This document shows positions 63,154-64,000 of a DNA stretch of 64,000 nt, in pieces. The stretch's first letter is position 1; each line of letters begins with the position of its first letter. Origin of the DNA: Lepidodermella squamata (taxonomy: Eukaryota > Animalia > Gastrotricha); assembly GCA_047495785.1 (NCBI GenBank), contig JBLDXI010000020.1:62001-126000 (forward strand), written 5' to 3'. Under the pieces are notes generated by a model. That model was given only the letters and a program-made list of their open reading frames with translations, made no database searches and was not told where the DNA came from. A program made the translations under genes and the position numbers.

Positions 63154-64000
63154 CTAGTTTTCGGATCCTGTTGAAAGGTCAGCGCAGGTTTCAGTAATAT
63201 CCATTTCGAAGAAATGATTCTTCTTCACTGACCCACGGATGCGATTCTCCAGCTTAATAAGTTCTTTAGAAGCTTCTCGACAACAACGTACCATAACCAA
63301 CTTGCTTTCGTTATTCATCAAAGTGGACATTTGTGACTCGAATGCTTCGATTGAACGGATGAAAGCGCAAGTAATCAAAACCACAACAACGTCGTAACTT
63401 TTACCCCCTATAAGGAAATCTTGTGCATGAATAAAAAATAGGTAGATGTAGCATTTCGTACCCGATACACACCGATTAGTGACTGCCCAACGAACTTCCG
63501 GATGCATAGCATGCGGAAACCGCATGAAATTAACTATTTCATTTGGTATGGAATCTTCGTCAGTGCGAAAGCTGGTCCAAGATTCGACCGACTCCGTGAA
63601 CTTTAGCGCGACTTTGCCAAACAAATGACCGCAGTCGTCGCCCACTTGTAAAACATTCCTCTTACCTTCGCATCCTGATGAGAAAATTTAAAGCTAATTG
63701 CTCCGCATGAGGGCAAATTTCTCACCAAACAATTGACTAAAAATGAGATTTGTTGATAATTGCTGACAGTTCCAATGAGCTGACGATGTGTGGTTCGAGC
63801 AAATTTGGGCGATACAAGATAGGTGATCAGGTTCAGCTTCAACAAGTCGCAGAATCTTTTTAGGATCACTTGGCGACTTCTTTTTCTTATTTTTGCTCAT
63901 ATTTTTGCAGAAACCAGGGGATGCGGTTTCGATACTCAAAACCCGGAGAGCTTTTGATACCGATTTCACCTGGATGGTGCCTAGACGCTGCTTGTTCGGA
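63154..64000 (-). CDS. 3' part of a gene (5' end outside the window) with a degenerate class I SAM-methyltransferase-like C-terminus (GSTCD/METTL25-like?)
   Basis: Splicing ORFs 63694-63969 and 63154-63645 through a ~50-nt intron gives LFGCEGKRNVLQVGDDCGHL (motif-I-like), then YDVVVVLITC and LVMVRCC. Family assignment is by eye only. Confidence 0.4.

Overview
Eukaryotic (metazoan) genomic DNA with short GT-AG introns of about 50-57 nt. It is most likely from a compact-genome spiralian invertebrate (inferred from the FxRIamide precursor). Genes in order: tropomyosin (-, 6749-16650), GRTP1-like TBC RabGAP (-), TopBP1 (+), Staufen (+), WASHC2/FAM21 (+), methylmalonyl-CoA epimerase (-), CRTC (+), FxRIamide neuropeptide precursor (-), monofunctional PHM (-), BORCS8 (-), and a window-truncated, degenerate methyltransferase-like gene (-). 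Two transposon-rich islands (1-5.1 kb and about 34-43.3 kb) hold LINE remnants, many MITEs, a CMC/EnSpm-like element and a Penelope-like element with inverted pseudo-LTRs and hammerhead ribozymes. Most notable: (1) an amidated-peptide precursor lies about 1 kb downstream of, and co-oriented with, its amidating enzyme PHM, whose own tail ends in an amidation signal (-GKK-stop); (2) the tropomyosin gene has triplicated exons 4, 5, 6 and 8, three alternative starts and two terminal exons, none of which the ORF track shows, plus clustered Rbfox GCAUG motifs; (3) operon/trans-splicing-like spacing. All calls come from reading the sequence by eye; no database searches were run.
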